In this document: positions 31,557 to 45,839 of the stretch, one piece after another | Layout: the number at the start of each line of letters is the position of its first letter | Position numbering within the stretch: position 1 is the stretch's first letter | From: Betaproteobacteria bacterium RIFCSPLOWO2_02_FULL_67_26 | Lineage (GTDB): Bacteria; Pseudomonadota; Gammaproteobacteria; Burkholderiales; SG8-41 | NCBI GenBank assembly: GCA_001771935.1 | Contig: MERD01000069.1 | Coordinates: forward strand, 6,111-70,110 | DNA length: 64,000 nt | Direction of reading: 5' to 3' | The notes under the pieces: generated by a model | The model's database searches: none | The model's input: only the letters and a program-made list of their open reading frames with translations | What the model was told of the DNA's origin: nothing | Made by a program: the position numbers and the translations under genes

Positions 31557-34244
31557 TCAGGCGGCCATCAGCTCGCGCAGCACGTAAGGGAGAATCCCGC
31601 CGTGCTTGAGATACTCCACTTCGATCGGGGAATCCACGCGCAGCGTGACCGTGACGTTCTGCGTGGAGCCGTCCTGGCGGTGGATCATCAGCGTCACGTC
31701 CTGCAGCGGCTTCACGTTGCCGCCGGCGACGCCGGTGAGGTCGAAGGTCTCGCTGCCGTCGATCTTCAGCGACTGCACGCTGTCGGTTCCCTTGAACTGG
31801 CAGGGCAGCACGCCCATGCCGACGAGGTTCGAGCGATGGATGCGCTCGTAGCCGCGCGCCACGACCACCTTGATGCCGAGCATCTGCGTGCCCTTCGCCG
31901 CCCAGTCGCGCGAGGAGCCGGTGCCGTACTCCTCGCCGCCGAACACGAACAGCGGGATCTTGTCCTTCTGGTAGCGCATGGAGGCATCGAAGATCGTCAT
32001 CTTGTCGCCGCTCGGCTGGTGGATCGTCACGCCGCCCTCGGTGCCCGGCGCGAGCAGGTTCTTGATGCGCGGATTGGCGAACGCGCCGCGCACCATCACT
32101 TCGTGGTTGGTGCGGCGCGAGCCGAAGCTCGACAGGTCCTTGCTGCCGGCCGCGATCAACCAGTCGCCGGCCAGCGTGCCCTTGCGGATGGGCGCCACCG
32201 GGCTGATGTGGTCGGTGGTCAGCTTGTTGCCGAATATGCCCAGCGCGCGCCCCCCCTTGATATCGGTGACTTTGGGCAACTCACGCTTGAATCCTTCGAA
32301 CAGCGGTGGCTCGAGCATGTAGGTTGATTTCGGGTCCCACTGGAACAGCGCGCCTTTGGTTTCGGGAATGGCGTCCCACAGGTCTTTCGCGCCGGAGAGG
32401 TCGCCGTACTCGCGGCGGAAGTTTTCGCTGTTGGTCGCAAATTTCATCAATGCTTCCACTTCGGCCGGCGTGGGCCACAGGTCCTTCAGGAATACCGGCT
32501 GGCCGTTCTTGTCATTGCCGATGGGGTCGGTGTCGACGTTCTTCAGCACCGTCCCGGCGAGCGCAAACGCGACGACCAGCGGCGGGCTCATCAGGAAGTT
32601 GGCCTTCAGGCTCTGGTGCACCCGCGCCTCGAAGTTGCGGTTGCCCGAGAGCACGGCGGCGGAGATCACGTCGTTCTTGACGATGGCTTCCTCGAGATCC
32701 TTGTCCAGCGGGCCTGCCAGGCCCATACAGGTGGTGCAACCGTAGGCGACGACGTGGAAGCCGAGCTGTTCCAGGTAGGGCAGCAGCCCGGCCTGCTTCA
32801 GGTACGCGGTGACGACCTTGGAGCCGGGGGCCATCGACGTTTTGACGCGGGGATGCGGCTTCATGCCTCTCTCGACGGCCTTCTTGGCGATGAGGCCGGC
32901 GGCCAGCAACACCCAGGGGTTGGAGGTGTTCGTGCAGGACGTGATGGCGGCGATGCTGACATCACCATGTCCGACGTCACCGATGGCCGCATTGGCGACC
33001 GGGACGCGCTTGGCCAGGTCCGCGGCGGGCTTGTTGTAGCCGCTTTCGGCCACGGGCTTTGAGAACAGCTCGGTGAATCGGCTCTTGATGCCCTCGAGAT
33101 TGATGCGGTCCTCCGGCTGCTTCGGACCCGACACGCTGGGCCGCACCGTCGAGAGGTCGAGCTCGACGACCTGCGAGTAGTCGATCTCGCCTTTTTTCGG
33201 GATGCCGTACAGGCCCTGCACTTTAAGATAGCTCTCGATGGCATCGCAGTGCTGTTCGCGGCCCGACATGCGGTAGTAATCGAGCGTCTTGTCGTCGATC
33301 GCGAAAAAGCCGCAGGTCGCGCCGTAGTCGGGCGACATGTTGGCGACGGTCGCGCGGTCGGTGGGGGAGAGCGACGCGGCGCCTTCGCCGAGGTACTCGA
33401 CGAACTTGTTGACCACCTTGGTCTTGCGCAGCAGCTCGGTGACGGTGAGCACGAGGTCGGTCGCGGTGACGCCATCGCGCAGCTTGCCCGTCATGTGCAC
33501 GCCCACGACATCGGGCGTCAGGAAGTAGTAGGGCTGTCCCAGCATGCCGGCTTCGGCCTCGATGCCGCCCACGCCCCAGGCCAGCACGCCGATGGCGTTG
33601 ACCATCGTGGTATGCGAGTCGGTGCCGACGGCGGAATCGGGGTAATACACGCCGTCTTTCTCCCATACGCCGCGCGACAGGTACTCGAGGTTGACCTGGT
33701 GGCAGATGCCGTTGCCGGGCGGCACGACGCGGATGCCCGAGAACGCGGCCTTGGCCCACTTGAGGAAGGTGTAGCGCTCGCCGTTACGCTCGAACTCGAT
33801 TTCCATGTTCCTGCGCAGCGCGTCGGTCGAGTTGTGCACGTCGACGACGACGGAGTGGTCCACCACGAGATCCACCGGCACCAGCGGCTCGATGCGCTTC
33901 GGGTCGAATTTCTGGCGCTGCGCCTCGGCGCGCATGGCGGCGAAATCGTTCAACGCGGGGAAGCCCGCCATGTCCTGCAGCATGATGCGCGCGAGGACGA
34001 AAGGCAGCTCCTCGGTGCGCGGGGCGTTCGGCTTCCAGCCGGCGAGCTTGCGCACGGCGTCTTCCGTGATGCGCTTGCCGTCGCAGTTGCGGAGGATGGA
34101 CTCGAGCACCACGCGCAGGCTCACCGGCATGCGCGATACCCTGCCGAGTCCGGCTTCCTCGAGGGCGGCGAGCGAGTAATACTTTCCGGTATTGCCGGAC
34201 TTGAGCTTGAATTCCCTGCGGGCATGGAACGGGTCGTATGCCAT
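31557..34244 (-). CDS. acnA: Aconitate hydratase, AcnA/IRP type (paralog 3)
   Basis: 895 aa. [49 protein letters not shown] and [10 protein letters not shown] are all present. Confidence 0.9.
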   Translation of the reverse strand: MAYDPFHARREFKLKSGNTGKYYSLAALEEAGLGRVSRMPVSLRVVLESILRNCDGKRITEDAVRKLAGWKPNAPRTEELPFVLARIMLQDMAGFPALNDFAAMRAEAQRQKFDPKRIEPLVPVDLVVDHSVVVDVHNSTDALRRNMEIEFERNGERYTFLKWAKAAFSGIRVVPPGNGICHQVNLEYLSRGVWEKDGVYYPDSAVGTDSHTTMVNAIGVLAWGVGGIEAEAGMLGQPYYFLTPDVVGVHMTGKLRDGVTATDLVLTVTELLRKTKVVNKFVEYLGEGAASLSPTDRATVANMSPDYGATCGFFAIDDKTLDYYRMSGREQHCDAIESYLKVQGLYGIPKKGEIDYSQVVELDLSTVRPSVSGPKQPEDRINLEGIKSRFTELFSKPVAESGYNKPAADLAKRVPVANAAIGDVGHGDVSIAAITSCTNTSNPWVLLAAGLIAKKAVERGMKPHPRVKTSMAPGSKVVTAYLKQAGLLPYLEQLGFHVVAYGCTTCMGLAGPLDKDLEEAIVKNDVISAAVLSGNRNFEARVHQSLKANFLMSPPLVVAFALAGTVLKNVDTDPIGNDKNGQPVFLKDLWPTPAEVEALMKFATNSENFRREYGDLSGAKDLWDAIPETKGALFQWDPKSTYMLEPPLFEGFKRELPKVTDIKGGRALGIFGNKLTTDHISPVAPIRKGTLAGDWLIAAGSKDLSSFGSRRTNHEVMVRGAFANPRIKNLLAPGTEGGVTIHQPSGDKMTIFDASMRYQKDKIPLFVFGGEEYGTGSSRDWAAKGTQMLGIKVVVARGYERIHRSNLVGMGVLPCQFKGTDSVQSLKIDGSETFDLTGVAGGNVKPLQDVTLMIHRQDGSTQNVTVTLRVDSPIEVEYLKHGGILPYVLRELMAA

Positions 34245-34280
34245 GTTGCTTCCTTAACTGTTTGATATGGAAAAAGCTTG

Positions 34281-35723
34281 TCAGGTTGCGAAGCGATCGA
34301 CGAACTCGTTGACCGGCGTCGCTTCGAGCCGCGCCTGGTCACGCGTGAGGTCAAGGATAGCCCGCTGCTGCTTCGGCGCGAAGCGGCGCGCCAGGTTGGT
34401 CCTGAACTTCGCTTCCAGCAGCGGCACCCCCTCCCGCCGGCGGCGGCGATGGCCAACGGGGTATTCGACCTCGATCCTGGCGGACTTCGAGCCATCGTTG
34501 AAGAACACCTGAATGGCGTTGGCGATCGAGCGCTTGGCGGGGTTGAGATAGTCCCGGCTCCAGGGCTGGTGCTCGACGCACGTCATTTTCGAGCGCAGAC
34601 GGTCGATGCGCGGATCGGCGGCGACAGCGTCCTCGTAGTCGGCGGCGGTGAGGTTGCCCTTGATGAGCCCGATCGCCGTCATGTACTGGATGCAGTGGTC
34701 CCGGTCCGCCGGGTTGTTCAGGGGACCCCTCTTGTCGATGATGCGGATCGCGGACTCGTGGGTGGTGATGACGATCTTCCTCACCGCGTCGAGCCGGTCT
34801 TTCACCTGGGGGTGCAGCTGGATGGCGGCTTCCACCGCGGTCTGCGCGTGAAATTCGGCCGGAAAGGAGATCTTGAACAGAACATTTTCCATCACGTACG
34901 ACCCGAACGGCCGCTTGAAGCGGAACGGCCGGCCCTTGAACAGCACGTCGTAGAAACCCCAGTTCTTCGCCGTCAGGGCCGAGGGGTAGCCCATCTCTCC
35001 CTTCAACGCCATCAGCGCGAGCCGGACCGCGCGGCTGGTGGCATCGCCGGCGGCCCACGACTTGCGCGAGCCGGTGTTGGGCGCGTGGCGGTAGGCGCGC
35101 AGCGATTGACCGTCGATCCAGGCGTTGGAAACCGCGTTCACGATCTCGTCGCGGGTGCCGCCCATCATGTGCGTGACGACAGCCGTGGAGGCGACCTTGA
35201 CCAGCACGACGTGATCGAGACCGACGCGGTTGAAGCTGTTCTCGAGCGCGATGATGCCCTGGATCTCGTGGGCCTTGATCATGCCCGTCAGCACGTCGCG
35301 CATGACCAGGGGCTTCCCGCCCTTCGCGAGGCGGGTGCGGGACAGCCAGTCCGCGGTGGCGAGTATGCCGCCCAGATTGTCGGAGGGATGGCCCCACTCG
35401 GCGGCGAGCCAGGTATCGTTGAAGTCGAGCCAGCGGATCATCGCCCCGAGGTTGAAGGCCGCCGTCACGGGATCGAGCTGGTACGGCGTGCCCGGCACCT
35501 TCGCTCCGTTCGCCAGAACGGCGCCGGGGACGATGGGTCCCAGCAGCTTGGTGCAGGCCGGATATTCGAGAGCCTCCAGCCCGCAGCCCAACGTGTCCAT
35601 CAGGCACAGGCGGGCCGTGTTGTAGCCTTCCGCGCTCCTGATTTCGTAGCCGGCAACGTAATCGGCAATATCCGTCAGGACCGTGTCCGGCTTCCGGCGG
35701 ACATTGGTGATGGGGCCGCTCAT
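34281..35723 (-). CDS. prpD: 2-methylcitrate dehydratase
   Basis: 480 aa. Long stretches match E. coli PrpD as I recall it ([85 protein letters not shown]). Confidence 0.9.
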   Translation of the reverse strand: MSGPITNVRRKPDTVLTDIADYVAGYEIRSAEGYNTARLCLMDTLGCGLEALEYPACTKLLGPIVPGAVLANGAKVPGTPYQLDPVTAAFNLGAMIRWLDFNDTWLAAEWGHPSDNLGGILATADWLSRTRLAKGGKPLVMRDVLTGMIKAHEIQGIIALENSFNRVGLDHVVLVKVASTAVVTHMMGGTRDEIVNAVSNAWIDGQSLRAYRHAPNTGSRKSWAAGDATSRAVRLALMALKGEMGYPSALTAKNWGFYDVLFKGRPFRFKRPFGSYVMENVLFKISFPAEFHAQTAVEAAIQLHPQVKDRLDAVRKIVITTHESAIRIIDKRGPLNNPADRDHCIQYMTAIGLIKGNLTAADYEDAVAADPRIDRLRSKMTCVEHQPWSRDYLNPAKRSIANAIQVFFNDGSKSARIEVEYPVGHRRRRREGVPLLEAKFRTNLARRFAPKQQRAILDLTRDQARLEATPVNEFVDRFAT

Positions 35724-35745
35724 CGGCTCGGTGGCGAACGATGCG

Positions 35746-36735
35746 TCAGCCGAGGAGGTGCTTGATCGAATCGCGCTCTTCGTGCAGCTCCTTGAGCGTC
35801 GCCATCATGCGGGTGCGGCTGAAGTCGCTGACGTCGATGCCCTTCACGACCTGGTATTTCCCGTTGCGGCACACGCAGGGGTAGCCGTAAATCACGCCAT
35901 CCGGGATGCCGTAGCTGCCGTCCGAGGGGATGCCCATGCTGATCCAGTCGCCGGCCCTGGTGCCCTTGACCCAGTCGCGCACGTGGTCGATCGCGGCGTT
36001 GGCCGCGCTCGCGGCGGAGGAGAGCCCCCGCGCCTCGATGATCGCCGCGCCGCGCTTCTGGATAACCGGGATGAAAGTACCCTCCAGCCACGCCTGGTCG
36101 TTGATCAGCGGCCACACTTTCTTGCCGCCGGCGGTGGCCTGGAACAGGTCGGGGTATTGCGTTGCCGAGTGATTGCCCCAGACCGTCATCTTCCTGACGG
36201 CCGTGACCGGGGCGCCGATCTTCTGCGCGACTTGCGAGACGGAGCGGTTGTGGTCGAGCCGCATCATGCCGGTGAAATTGGACGGCTTGAGCCCCGGGGC
36301 GTTCTTCATGGCGATCAGGCAATTCGTATTGGCGGGATTGCCGACCACGAGCACCTTGACCTTGCGGCTGGCGACCTCGGACAGGGCCTTGCCCTGGGGC
36401 GCGAAAATCTTGCCGTTGGCCTCGAGCAGGTCCTTGCGCTCCATCCCGGGGCCCCGGGGCCGCGCCCCCACCAGCAGCGCGATTTCGACGTCCTTGAACG
36501 CGACCACGGGGTCGGCGGTGGGGACCATGCCGTGCAGCAGCGGGAACGCGCAGTCGTCGAGCTCCATCATGACGCCCCGCAATGCCTTCTGCGCCTTCTC
36601 GTCGGGGATTTCGAGGAGCTGGAGGATGACCGGCTGGTCTTTCCCGAGCATCTCGCCGCTCGCGATTCGGATGAGCAGGCTGTATCCGATCTGGCCGGCA
36701 GCGCCGGTCACGGCGACGCGGATGGGGCGTTTCAT
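35746..36735 (-). CDS. mdh: Malate dehydrogenase (LDH-like, NAD-dependent)
   Basis: 329 aa from [21 protein letters not shown]. The track ORF extends to 37173, but that extension crosses the sdhC promoter region and has no homology. Confidence 0.9.
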   Translation of the reverse strand: MKRPIRVAVTGAAGQIGYSLLIRIASGEMLGKDQPVILQLLEIPDEKAQKALRGVMMELDDCAFPLLHGMVPTADPVVAFKDVEIALLVGARPRGPGMERKDLLEANGKIFAPQGKALSEVASRKVKVLVVGNPANTNCLIAMKNAPGLKPSNFTGMMRLDHNRSVSQVAQKIGAPVTAVRKMTVWGNHSATQYPDLFQATAGGKKVWPLINDQAWLEGTFIPVIQKRGAAIIEARGLSSAASAANAAIDHVRDWVKGTRAGDWISMGIPSDGSYGIPDGVIYGYPCVCRNGKYQVVKGIDVSDFSRTRMMATLKELHEERDSIKHLLG

Positions 36736-36912
36736 GTCTTGGACTCCTGAATTGCGGTAGGGTTTATTGTAAAGCCGATTGCAGCGCAGCAACGCCCCCC
36801 GTCTGCGGGGTGCGCGCGGCAGGCCCGGCCGTGGCTTATGCGGTGCAGCGAAAACTGCTAAGATTTCAATTCTCAAGCGCTGTGGATAACTTTCCCTCCT
36901 GAATGACGTTCG

Positions 36913-37287
36913 ATGGTTAAGCCGCGCCCGAAATATCTCAACCTGTTTCAGATCCGGCTGCCGATACCCGGCATCGTTTCGATCATGCACCGGGTGAGCG
37001 GCGGGGTGCTGTTCCTGTTCATCCCGTTCCTGTTGACGCTGTTCGAAATGAGCCTTGAATCGGCCCAGACGTTCGCGCGGTTCAAGACGGTGATGTCGCA
37101 CTGGATGTTCAAGCTGATCGTGATCGGGCTGGTGTGGGCCTACCTGCACCACCTGTGCGCCGGCATCCGCCACCTGGCGCTCGACCTGGACTACGGCACG
37201 GAGCTTGCGTCCGCCCGGGCCAGCAGCAACCTGGTGCTCGTGGTCAGTATCGTTCTGACGGCCGTCGCCGGGGTGCTGATATGGTGA
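36913..37287 (+). CDS. sdhC: Succinate dehydrogenase cytochrome b556 subunit
   Basis: 124 aa, 3 [10 protein letters not shown] motif. First gene of the sdhCDAB order. Confidence 0.85.
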   Translation: MVKPRPKYLNLFQIRLPIPGIVSIMHRVSGGVLFLFIPFLLTLFEMSLESAQTFARFKTVMSHWMFKLIVIGLVWAYLHHLCAGIRHLALDLDYGTELASARASSNLVLVVSIVLTAVAGVLIW

Positions 37288-37628
37288 AGCGCGAGGTCGT
37301 CGGCGCCCACTACGGTCTGCGCGACTGGCTCGCGCAGCGGATCACCGCCGTGGTCATGGTGGTCTACACCGCGGTCATCCTGTCGGTGGTGGCGGGCCTG
37401 CCGCGCATGGATTACTGGCAGTGGAAGGTGCTGTGGCAGACCCCGGTCGTGCGCTACGCGACGGTCCTGGTCATCCTCTGCCTCCTGTTTCACACCTGGA
37501 TCGGCGTGCGCAATATCTTCATGGACTACATCAAGGACCCGGCGCTGCGGTTGGCGCTGTACGTGCTCACGATCGGGGCCCTGGTCTGGTACGGCGTCTG
37601 GTCGTTCCGGATACTGTGGAGCGCGTGA
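37281..37628 (+). CDS. sdhD: Succinate dehydrogenase hydrophobic membrane anchor subunit
   Basis: 115 aa from the ATG at 37281, overlapping sdhC by 7 nt. [13 protein letters not shown] and [13 protein letters not shown] are typical of SdhD. Confidence 0.8.
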   Translation: MVKREVVGAHYGLRDWLAQRITAVVMVVYTAVILSVVAGLPRMDYWQWKVLWQTPVVRYATVLVILCLLFHTWIGVRNIFMDYIKDPALRLALYVLTIGALVWYGVWSFRILWSA

Positions 37629-39395
37629 ATGGGACTGCCGGTCCGGCTTTTTGATGCGGTGATCGTCGGCGGCGGCGGCTCGGGCATGCGCGCGGCGCTC
37701 GAGCTTGCGCGCGCTGATCTCAAGGTCGCGGTGCTGTCCAAGGTGTTCCCGACGCGTTCGCACACGGTGGCGGCGCAGGGGGGCGTGGCGGCCTCGCTCG
37801 GCAACATCGACGAGGACAACTGGCACTGGCACATGTACGACACCGTCAAGGGTTCCGACTATCTCGGCGACCAGGACGCGATCGAGTTCATGTGCCGCAA
37901 GGCCAACGAGGTGGTCTACGAGCTCGAGCATCTGGGGATGCCGTTCGACCGTCTCGCCGGAGGCAAGATCTACCAGCGGCCGTTCGGCGGCCACATGCGG
38001 GACTACGGCGTATCTCCGGTGCCCCGCGCCTGCGCCGCGGCGGACCGCACGGGCCATGCCCTCTTGCACACGCTCTACCAGGCGAACCTCAAGGCGCGCA
38101 CGCAGTTCTTCGTCGAGTGGATGGCGCTCGACCTGATCCGCGCCCAGGACGGCTCCGTGCTGGGCGTCACGGCGCTCGAAATGGAGACCGGCGAGGTGAT
38201 GATCCTGCAGGCGAAGGCGACGGTCTTCGCCACCGGCGGGGCGGGGCGCATCTTTGCCGCCAGCACCAACGCCTTCATCAACACCGGCGATGGGCTCGGC
38301 ATGGCGGCGCGCGCCGGGATTCCGCTGCAGGACCTGGAGTTCTGGCAATTCCATCCGACCGGCGTGGCGGGTGCGGGGGTCCTGATCACCGAGGGCGTGC
38401 GGGGAGAAGGCGGCTATCTCCTCAACAAGAACGGCGAGCGCTTCATGGAGCGCTACGCGCCGAACGCCAAGGACCTGGCGTCGCGCGACGTGGTCGCGCG
38501 CGCGATGGCGACCGAGATCAAGGAAGGGCGGGGCGCGGGCAAGGACGGCGACTGCATCCTGCTCAAGCTCGACCACCTTGGCGAGGAAACGATCAGCAAG
38601 CGCCTTCCCGGCATCCGCGAGATCGCCAAGAAATTCGCCAACGTGGACCCGGTCAAGGACCCGATCCCGGTAGTGCCCACTTGCCATTACCAGATGGGCG
38701 GCATACCCACCAACTACCACGGCCAGGTCGTGGTGCCGAAGAACGGCAACCCGGAATCGGTCGTGCCCGGCTTCTACGCGGCCGGCGAATGCTCCTGTGT
38801 CTCGGTGCACGGCGCCAACCGCCTGGGCTGCAACTCGTTGCTCGATCTGCTGGTGTTCGGCAAGTCCGCCGGCGAAAAAGTGATCCAGGACTTGAAGCAG
38901 GATGGAAAGTCGCACCGTGCGCTGCCCAACGACGCCGGCGAACTCACGCTCTCGCGCCTCGCGCGCCTCGACGGTCAGAAAAGCGGCGAGCGCGTCGCCG
39001 AGGTGAGTGCCGACATGCGGCGCACCATGCAGCAGCACTGCGGCGTGTTCCGCTTCCCGGATCTGCTCACGGAGGGCGTCAGGAAGATCAAGGACGTGGC
39101 CGAGCGCGTGTCCCGCACCGGAATCAGCGACAAGAGCCGGACCTTCAATACGGCGCGCGTCGAGGCGCTCGAGCTCGACAATCTCGTCGAAACCGCCGTC
39201 GCCTCGCTGGTCTCCGCCGAAGCGCGCAAGGAGAGCCGGGGCTCGCACGACCGCGCGGATTTCCACCAGCGCGACGACGCGAACTGGATGAAGCACACGC
39301 TGTGGTTCAAGCAGGGCAGCCGCCTCGAGTACAAGCCGGTGCACACCCAGCCGCTTTCGGTCGAGACGTTCGAGCCCAAAGCGCGCGTCTACTAG
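37629..39395 (+). CDS. sdhA: Succinate dehydrogenase flavoprotein subunit
   Basis: 588 aa. [26 protein letters not shown] (FAD-linking His) and HGANRLG. Confidence 0.95.
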   Translation: MGLPVRLFDAVIVGGGGSGMRAALELARADLKVAVLSKVFPTRSHTVAAQGGVAASLGNIDEDNWHWHMYDTVKGSDYLGDQDAIEFMCRKANEVVYELEHLGMPFDRLAGGKIYQRPFGGHMRDYGVSPVPRACAAADRTGHALLHTLYQANLKARTQFFVEWMALDLIRAQDGSVLGVTALEMETGEVMILQAKATVFATGGAGRIFAASTNAFINTGDGLGMAARAGIPLQDLEFWQFHPTGVAGAGVLITEGVRGEGGYLLNKNGERFMERYAPNAKDLASRDVVARAMATEIKEGRGAGKDGDCILLKLDHLGEETISKRLPGIREIAKKFANVDPVKDPIPVVPTCHYQMGGIPTNYHGQVVVPKNGNPESVVPGFYAAGECSCVSVHGANRLGCNSLLDLLVFGKSAGEKVIQDLKQDGKSHRALPNDAGELTLSRLARLDGQKSGERVAEVSADMRRTMQQHCGVFRFPDLLTEGVRKIKDVAERVSRTGISDKSRTFNTARVEALELDNLVETAVASLVSAEARKESRGSHDRADFHQRDDANWMKHTLWFKQGSRLEYKPVHTQPLSVETFEPKARVY

Positions 39396-39407
39396 GAATC
39401 AGCGCCC

Positions 39408-40103
39408 ATGCGATTTTCCATCTACCGCTACAACCCCGAGGCCGACGACAAGCCGCGTATGCAGGCGTACGACGTCGCGCTCGAGCCGACGGACCGCATG
39501 CTGCTGGACGCGCTGGTGCGCATCAAGGCGCACGACGACACGTTGTCGTTCCGCCGTTCCTGCCGCGAAGGCGTGTGCGGGTCGGACGCGATGAACATCA
39601 ACGGCAAGAATGGCCTCGCCTGCATCACCCGGATCGCGGACCTCAGGGAGCCGGTGCAGATCCGGCCGCTGCCCGGGCTGCCGGTGGTCCGCGACCTGAT
39701 CGTGGACATGTCCCAGTTCTTCAAACAATACGACTCGGTGAAACCGTACCTCGTCAACAACGATCCGCCGCCGGAAAAAGAGCGGCTGCAGTCGCCGCAG
39801 GATCGCGAGGAGCTGGACGGCCTCTACGAATGCATACTGTGCGCCTGCTGCTCCACGTCCTGCCCTTCGTTCTGGTGGAACCCCGACAAGTTCGTCGGCC
39901 CGGCGGGGCTGCTGCAGGCCTACCGCTTCATCGCCGACACGCGCGACCAGGCGACCAACGAGCGGCTGGACAATCTGGAAGACCCGTACCGGCTGTTTCG
40001 CTGCCACTCGATCATGAACTGCGTCGACGTCTGCCCGAAGGGGCTCAACCCGACGCGGGCGATCGGCAAGATCAAAGACCTGCTGGTCAAGCGCACGGTC
40101 TGA
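39408..40103 (+). CDS. sdhB: Succinate dehydrogenase iron-sulfur subunit
   Basis: 231 aa. [27 protein letters not shown] and [14 protein letters not shown] cluster motifs. Confidence 0.95.
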   Translation: MRFSIYRYNPEADDKPRMQAYDVALEPTDRMLLDALVRIKAHDDTLSFRRSCREGVCGSDAMNINGKNGLACITRIADLREPVQIRPLPGLPVVRDLIVDMSQFFKQYDSVKPYLVNNDPPPEKERLQSPQDREELDGLYECILCACCSTSCPSFWWNPDKFVGPAGLLQAYRFIADTRDQATNERLDNLEDPYRLFRCHSIMNCVDVCPKGLNPTRAIGKIKDLLVKRTV

Positions 40104-40118
40104 GGCGCCGGTTGCCAT

Positions 40119-40367
40119 ATGGGTGACGTGGACCGCGTGCGCTGGCGTTGCCGACGGGGCCTGCTCGAGCTCGATCTCGTCCTGGGGGAGTTCCTCGAGC
40201 GCTGCTACGGCGGGCTGGATGCCGACGGGCGGCGGCTGTTCGACGAGCTGCTCGAGCAGCCGGACAACGATTTGCTGGACCTGGCGATGGGGCGCAGCGA
40301 GCCGCCCCCGCGCTACCGGGCACTGGTGGCAATGCTGCGCGGTGCCGGGGAGCCGGCGCCGATGTAA
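40119..40367 (+). CDS. sdhE: Succinate dehydrogenase assembly factor 2 (FAD assembly factor SdhE)
   Basis: 82 aa. [15 protein letters not shown] and DNDLLDL are typical of SdhE/YgfY. Located between sdhB and gltA. Confidence 0.8.
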   Translation: MGDVDRVRWRCRRGLLELDLVLGEFLERCYGGLDADGRRLFDELLEQPDNDLLDLAMGRSEPPPRYRALVAMLRGAGEPAPM

Positions 40368-40420
40368 GGTGTGGGGACGGCGCGAGCCGCGTGAACGACC
40401 ACTCGAACGGAGAGATCCAC

Positions 40421-41719
<1,299 letters not shown>

Positions 41720-41741
41720 GCTTCACCGCCCGGGTGAAATC

Positions 41742-44594
41742 ATGATGAAGCAGATGCTCGGCAATTCCTACCTCTTCGGCGCGAACGCGCCGTTCATCGA
41801 GGCGCTCTACGACGCCTGGCTCAGGGACCCGGCGGCGGTCGAGCCGCGCTGGCGCGATTATTTCGATGAGCTGCAGCGGCTCGACCAGGGCCCCGCGGAC
41901 GTCTCTCACTTCGACGTCCAGGACCGCTTCGCCGATCTTGCGAAGAGCCGCCCCGCGGCAGGCGCGACGGTCGTCATCAACCGCCCGCAGCTCGGCGAGA
42001 AGCAGCTCGGCGTGCTGCAGCTCGTCTCGGCCCACCGCATCCTCGGCGTGCGGCACGCCGACATGGATCCGCTGAAGCGCCAGGAGAAGCCGCATCTTCC
42101 CGAGCTCGAGCCCGCCCACTACGGGCTCACCGACGCCGACCTGGAGATGGCGTTCAGCACCGGCACGCTGGTGGGGCCGCGGGAAATGAAATTGAAGGAC
42201 CTCCTGCAGTTCCTGCGGGACACCTACTGCCGCACCATCGGCACCGAGTACATGCACATCAGCGACATGACGCAGAAGCGCTGGGTGCAGGAGCGGCTGG
42301 AGTCCATCCGCGCCACGCCGTCCTACGATGCCGACTACAGGATGCACATCCTCGAGCGCCTGACCGCGGGCGAGACGCTGGAGAAGTACCTGCACACCAA
42401 GTACGTCGGCCAGAAGCGCTTTTCCCTGGAAGGCGGCGAATCGCTGATCCCGCAGCTCGACCACCTGCTGCAGCACGCCGGCAAGGCCGGGGTGCAGGAA
42501 CTGGTGATCGGCATGGCGCACCGCGGCCGCATCAACGTGCTGGTCAATACCATGGGCAAGATGCCCAAGGACCTGTTCGCCGAGTTCGAGGGCAAGCACC
42601 ACGACGATCTCCTCGCCGGCGACGTCAAGTATCACCAGGGCTTCTCGTCCAACGTCATGACGCCGGGCGGGCCGATGCACGTCACGCTCGCGTTCAATCC
42701 CTCCCACCTCGAGATCGTCAACCCGGTCGTGGAGGGCTCGGTGCGGGCGCGCCAGCACCGCCGCCGGGATTTCAAGGGCGACCAGGTGCTGCCGGTGCTG
42801 ATCCACGGCGATGCCGCGTTCGCGGGGCAGGGCGTCAACATGGAAACGTTCGAGCTGGCGCAGACGCGGGGCTACGGCACCGGCGGCACGGTGCACCTCA
42901 TCGTCAACAACCAGGTCGGGTTCACCTGCTCGGACCTGCGCGATTCGCGCTCGACGCTGTACTGCACCGACATCGCGAAGATGCTGGAAATCCCGATCTT
43001 CCACGTCAACGGCGATGACCCCGAGGCGGTGTGCCTGGTGACGGAAATCGCGCTCGAGTACCGCATGAAGTTCCACAAGGACGTGGTGGTGGACCTCGTC
43101 TGCTACCGGCGGCTCGGGCACAACGAGCAGGACGAGCCGATGGTCACGCAGCCCCTGATGTACAAGACCATCGCCCGGCTGCCGACGACGCGCCAGCTCT
43201 ACGCCGAGCGCCTGGAGAAGGAGGGCACGGTCCCGCCGAAGGGCGGCGACGAGATGGTGGCGACGTTTCGCAAGGCGCTCGACGGCGGCCACCACACCAA
43301 CAAGACCGTGCTGTCGAACTACAAGCCGCCGTTCGAGATCGACTGGGGCCAGTACAAGGGCGGCAAGTGGAACGAGCGCGACGACACGCGGCTGCCGATC
43401 GAGACGCTGAAACGGCTCGGCGAGCGCATCACCACCATACCGGAGAATTTCAAGCTTCACTCCGCGGTGCAGCGGATTGTCGACAACCGGCGGCTGATGG
43501 CGCAGGGAAAGCTGCCGCTCGACTGGGGCATGGCCGAGCACCTCGCCTTCGCCACGCTGCTCGACGAGGGCTACTCGATCCGGCTCTCGGGGCAGGACAG
43601 CGGGCGCGGCACGTTTTTCCACCGCCACGCGGTGCTGCACGACCAGAACCGGGAGAAGTGGGACCAGGGCACCTACGTGCCGCTGCAGCACGTGAGCGAC
43701 AAGCAGGGCGATTTCGTGGTGATCGACTCGGTCCTCTCGGAGGAGGCGGTGATGGGCTTCGAGTTCGGCTACTCGACCTCGGCGCCCCACGAGCTGGTAA
43801 TCTGGGAGGGGCAGTTCGGGGACTTCGCCAATGGCGCGCAGGTCGTGATCGACCAGTTCATCGCCTCGGGCGAGGCCAAGTGGGGCCGGCTGTGCGGCCT
43901 GGTGCTGATGCTGCCCCACGGCTACGAGGGGCAGGGCCCCGAGCATTCCTCGGCGCGCATCGAGCGCTACCTGCAGCTTTGCGCCGACTACAACATGCAG
44001 GTCTGCATGCCGGCGACCCCGGTGCAGCTCTACTACCTGCTGCGGCGCCAGATGATCCGCCCGTTCCGCAAGCCGCTCATCCTGTTCACGCCCAAGAGCC
44101 TGCTGCGCCACAAGGAATCGGTCTCGCCGCTCGAGGAGTTCGCGACCGACAAGTTCAATCCGGTCAACGAGGACTGGGAGTCGAAGGACATCAATCCCGA
44201 CAACGTGAAGCGCGTGGTGTTCTGCAGCGGCAAGGTCTACTACGACCTCCGGGCGGAGCGCAAGGCGAGGGGGCTCCAGGACCTGCCGCTGGCGCGCATC
44301 GCGCAGCTCTACCCGTTCGCTCACGACGAGTTCCACGCGCAGATCGAGCGCTACCGCAAGGCGGCCGAGATCGTGTGGTGCCAGGAAGAGCCGCGCAACC
44401 AGGGTGCCTGGCACCGCATCCAGCACTACCTGGAGCGCCACCTGCTGCCGCACCAGAAGCTGATCTACGCCGGCCGCGATTCGTCGGCCTCGCCCGCGGC
44501 GGGGTACAAGTCATTGCACGACCGGCAGCAGAAGGAGCTGGTCGACCTGGCGCTTTCGGTGGGCGCCGCGTCGCGGGCGGACGGAGAACGGTAA
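41742..44594 (+). CDS. sucA: 2-oxoglutarate dehydrogenase E1 component
   Basis: About 950 aa from MMKQMLGNSYLFGANAPFIEALYD. MAHRGRINVL, HGDAAFAGQGV and LPHGYEGQGPEHSSAR. Confidence 0.95.
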   Translation: MMKQMLGNSYLFGANAPFIEALYDAWLRDPAAVEPRWRDYFDELQRLDQGPADVSHFDVQDRFADLAKSRPAAGATVVINRPQLGEKQLGVLQLVSAHRILGVRHADMDPLKRQEKPHLPELEPAHYGLTDADLEMAFSTGTLVGPREMKLKDLLQFLRDTYCRTIGTEYMHISDMTQKRWVQERLESIRATPSYDADYRMHILERLTAGETLEKYLHTKYVGQKRFSLEGGESLIPQLDHLLQHAGKAGVQELVIGMAHRGRINVLVNTMGKMPKDLFAEFEGKHHDDLLAGDVKYHQGFSSNVMTPGGPMHVTLAFNPSHLEIVNPVVEGSVRARQHRRRDFKGDQVLPVLIHGDAAFAGQGVNMETFELAQTRGYGTGGTVHLIVNNQVGFTCSDLRDSRSTLYCTDIAKMLEIPIFHVNGDDPEAVCLVTEIALEYRMKFHKDVVVDLVCYRRLGHNEQDEPMVTQPLMYKTIARLPTTRQLYAERLEKEGTVPPKGGDEMVATFRKALDGGHHTNKTVLSNYKPPFEIDWGQYKGGKWNERDDTRLPIETLKRLGERITTIPENFKLHSAVQRIVDNRRLMAQGKLPLDWGMAEHLAFATLLDEGYSIRLSGQDSGRGTFFHRHAVLHDQNREKWDQGTYVPLQHVSDKQGDFVVIDSVLSEEAVMGFEFGYSTSAPHELVIWEGQFGDFANGAQVVIDQFIASGEAKWGRLCGLVLMLPHGYEGQGPEHSSARIERYLQLCADYNMQVCMPATPVQLYYLLRRQMIRPFRKPLILFTPKSLLRHKESVSPLEEFATDKFNPVNEDWESKDINPDNVKRVVFCSGKVYYDLRAERKARGLQDLPLARIAQLYPFAHDEFHAQIERYRKAAEIVWCQEEPRNQGAWHRIQHYLERHLLPHQKLIYAGRDSSASPAAGYKSLHDRQQKELVDLALSVGAASRADGER

Positions 44595-44603
44595 GGAGTT
44601 CCC

Positions 44604-45839
<1,236 letters not shown>

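Noticed and set aside
28828-34244. Interpreting the tandem aconitases as an AcnD-type Fe-S 2-methylcitrate dehydratase (acnD-prpF system)
   Set aside because: Both N-termini follow the AcnA/IRP pattern (..YYSL.ALE.AGLG..SR.P.S.RVVLE..) rather than the AcnD pattern as I recall it. No prpF is adjacent, and a PrpD-type dehydratase is already present. Without a phylogeny this cannot be fully excluded.
35746-37173. 475-aa version of mdh with a 146-aa N-terminal extension
   Set aside because: The extension overlaps sdhC on the opposite strand and crosses the divergent promoter. Malate dehydrogenase homology begins at [17 protein letters not shown] (start 36735).
37892-40126. 744-aa alternate-frame ORF over sdhA/sdhB. 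Similar alternate-frame ORFs occur at 43031-44839, 15327-17006, 19180-20442 and 49435-50700.
   Set aside because: These are same-strand alternate frames of well-supported genes with Arg/Pro/Gly-rich composition and no motifs.
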